Shown in pieces: positions 31,250 through 32,000 of a stretch of DNA of 32,000 bases. A program made the translations under genes and the position numbers. Origin of the DNA: Pyrodictium occultum. Lineage in GTDB: Archaea; Thermoproteota; Thermoprotei_A; Sulfolobales; Pyrodictiaceae. Numbering within the stretch: the stretch's first letter is position 1; the number at the start of each line of letters is the position of its first letter. Under the pieces are notes generated by a model. The model saw nothing but the letters and a program-made list of their open reading frames with translations. It was not told the DNA's origin and did not search any database. The stretch spans positions 78,836 to 110,835 of the forward strand of contig NZ_LNTB01000002.1 in assembly GCF_001462395.1 (NCBI RefSeq), written 5' to 3'.

Positions 31250-32000
31250 GCGTGGCGCTGCCGGCCGCCCTCCTCTAGCAGCCTTGCGGCTAGCTCCAGG
31301 TAGCTCCTCGCCACCGTTCTACGGTTGAGCCTGCTGCGCCAGAAGGAGGCTATCTCGCCTGGGTCGTACTCCCCGGCCTCCCAGCGCTGGACATCTGTCA
31401 GCAGGGCGGCGAGGAGGGCCTTCTCGCTGAAGTCGGGGGCTAGGGTCCCGGAGAAGCCTCCCCCGGTTAGGTACATGAGGCTCTCGATGGGGGTCCCCAC
31501 TATGCTGCAGCCCATCGACACCGCCTCCGCGGCGGCTATGCCGAAGCTCTCCCAGTTGGAGGGCATGAAGAGTATCCTGGCCTCGCCCAGGTGCCTGACC
31601 AGCTCGCCGTGTGGGACCCGGCCGAGAACACTGATGGAGGGGGCGGGGTCCCCTCTGCAGGCCTCCGCCATGTACCTCCTGACCGTCTCCTCCCCGGGCC
31701 CTATCACCGCGGCCTCGTAGTCCGGCATGGCCCTGGCGAAGCTGCAGAGCACCCGGGCCAGGGTGCCGGTGTTCTTCGCCACGTCATGCCATCTGCCGAC
31801 AGCCACTATCTTCCTCTTCTTCCTCGCCGGTATAGGGGCCCTCGCTATATCATCTGCCACGGGGTTGGGTATGAAGTGGATCTTCCCGGTTAGGTCCGGC
31901 CTGCCCCAGTACACTAGGATGTACGCCAGGTTGGCCTTGGCCTGCGGGGACTCGAGGACCAGGGCGTCGGCGGCCTCCAGGTGCGGTATTATTCTTCTGG
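31246..32000 (-). CDS. GT4-family glycosyltransferase; 5-prime end lies outside the window
   Basis: Own translation shows the frame stays open above the ORF-track start (31914) to position 32000: ...RRIIPHLEAADALVLESPQAKANLAYILVYWGRPDLTGKIHFIPNPV. The C-domain has KIVAVGRW, ILFMPSNWESFGIAAAEAVSMGCSIVG (E-x7-E). Confidence 0.65.
   Translation of the reverse strand, partial: RRIIPHLEAADALVLESPQAKANLAYILVYWGRPDLTGKIHFIPNPVADDIARAPIPARKKRKIVAVGRWHDVAKNTGTLARVLCSFARAMPDYEAAVIGPGEETVRRYMAEACRGDPAPSISVLGRVPHGELVRHLGEARILFMPSNWESFGIAAAEAVSMGCSIVGTPIESLMYLTGGGFSGTLAPDFSEKALLAALLTDVQRWEAGEYDPGEIASFWRSRLNRRTVARSYLELAARLLEEGGRQRHA

Noticed and set aside
1-32000. CRISPR arrays, tRNA/rRNA genes, transposases, integrases, terminal inverted repeats or att-like long direct repeats at the island edges.
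   Set aside because: No regularly spaced repeats were seen, no cloverleaf-like or rRNA-like segments, and no ORF with DDE, tyrosine-recombinase or serine-recombinase-like motifs. The short spacers at 5694-5713 and 18827-18988 share no obvious repeat. By-eye searching for short att sites is weak, so this is absence of evidence only.

Overview
This window reads as an archaeal (hyperthermophile-style) cell-surface glycan biosynthesis locus. All functional calls come from motif recognition by eye and own translation; none has been checked against a database. The GC-rich flanks (about 1-3980 and 19090-32000; single 60-nt lines hand-counted at 57-80% GC) encode three small secreted or membrane proteins, a Dol-P-sugar-synthase-like GT2, a Wzx/MOP flippase and an rmlA / atypical SDR / rmlD / rmlC block. 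They also carry a PAPS (activated sulfate) module: ATP sulfurylase (sat), APS kinase (cysC), a sulfotransferase-family gene, two NPP/alkaline-phosphatase-superfamily paralogs and two small ribbon-helix-helix (RHH) paralogs. More SDR and GT-B genes follow. Between the flanks lies compositionally foreign DNA. It consists of an A+C-skewed segment (3982-5693: an unknown 143-aa protein plus a membrane GT2) and a ~13 kb low-GC island (5694 to ~19090; hand-counted lines 30-33% GC). The island holds GT4, GT2-like and GT-C glycosyltransferases, three methyltransferase domains, an SDR epimerase, a P-loop kinase-like protein and an Asp-box-like propeller protein. It is itself mosaic: GC jumps inside an intact GT4 gene near 12235. 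No rRNA, tRNA, CRISPR array, transposase or integrase was seen. Many genes are interrupted. In the island the lesions are an in-frame TAG (10754), a 5-bp tandem duplication (17080-17089), a second in-frame TAG (18098) and an internally truncated GT2. In the GC-rich sulfation module all three lesions are +/-1 changes in G/C homopolymers (19437-19441, 26535-26539, 29263-29269), so they may be sequencing errors or real. The most interesting hypothesis is a PAPS-dependent glycan sulfation pathway wired into an archaeal glycosylation locus, with sat translationally coupled to an uncharacterised NPP-like enzyme and bracketed by paired RHH regulators.
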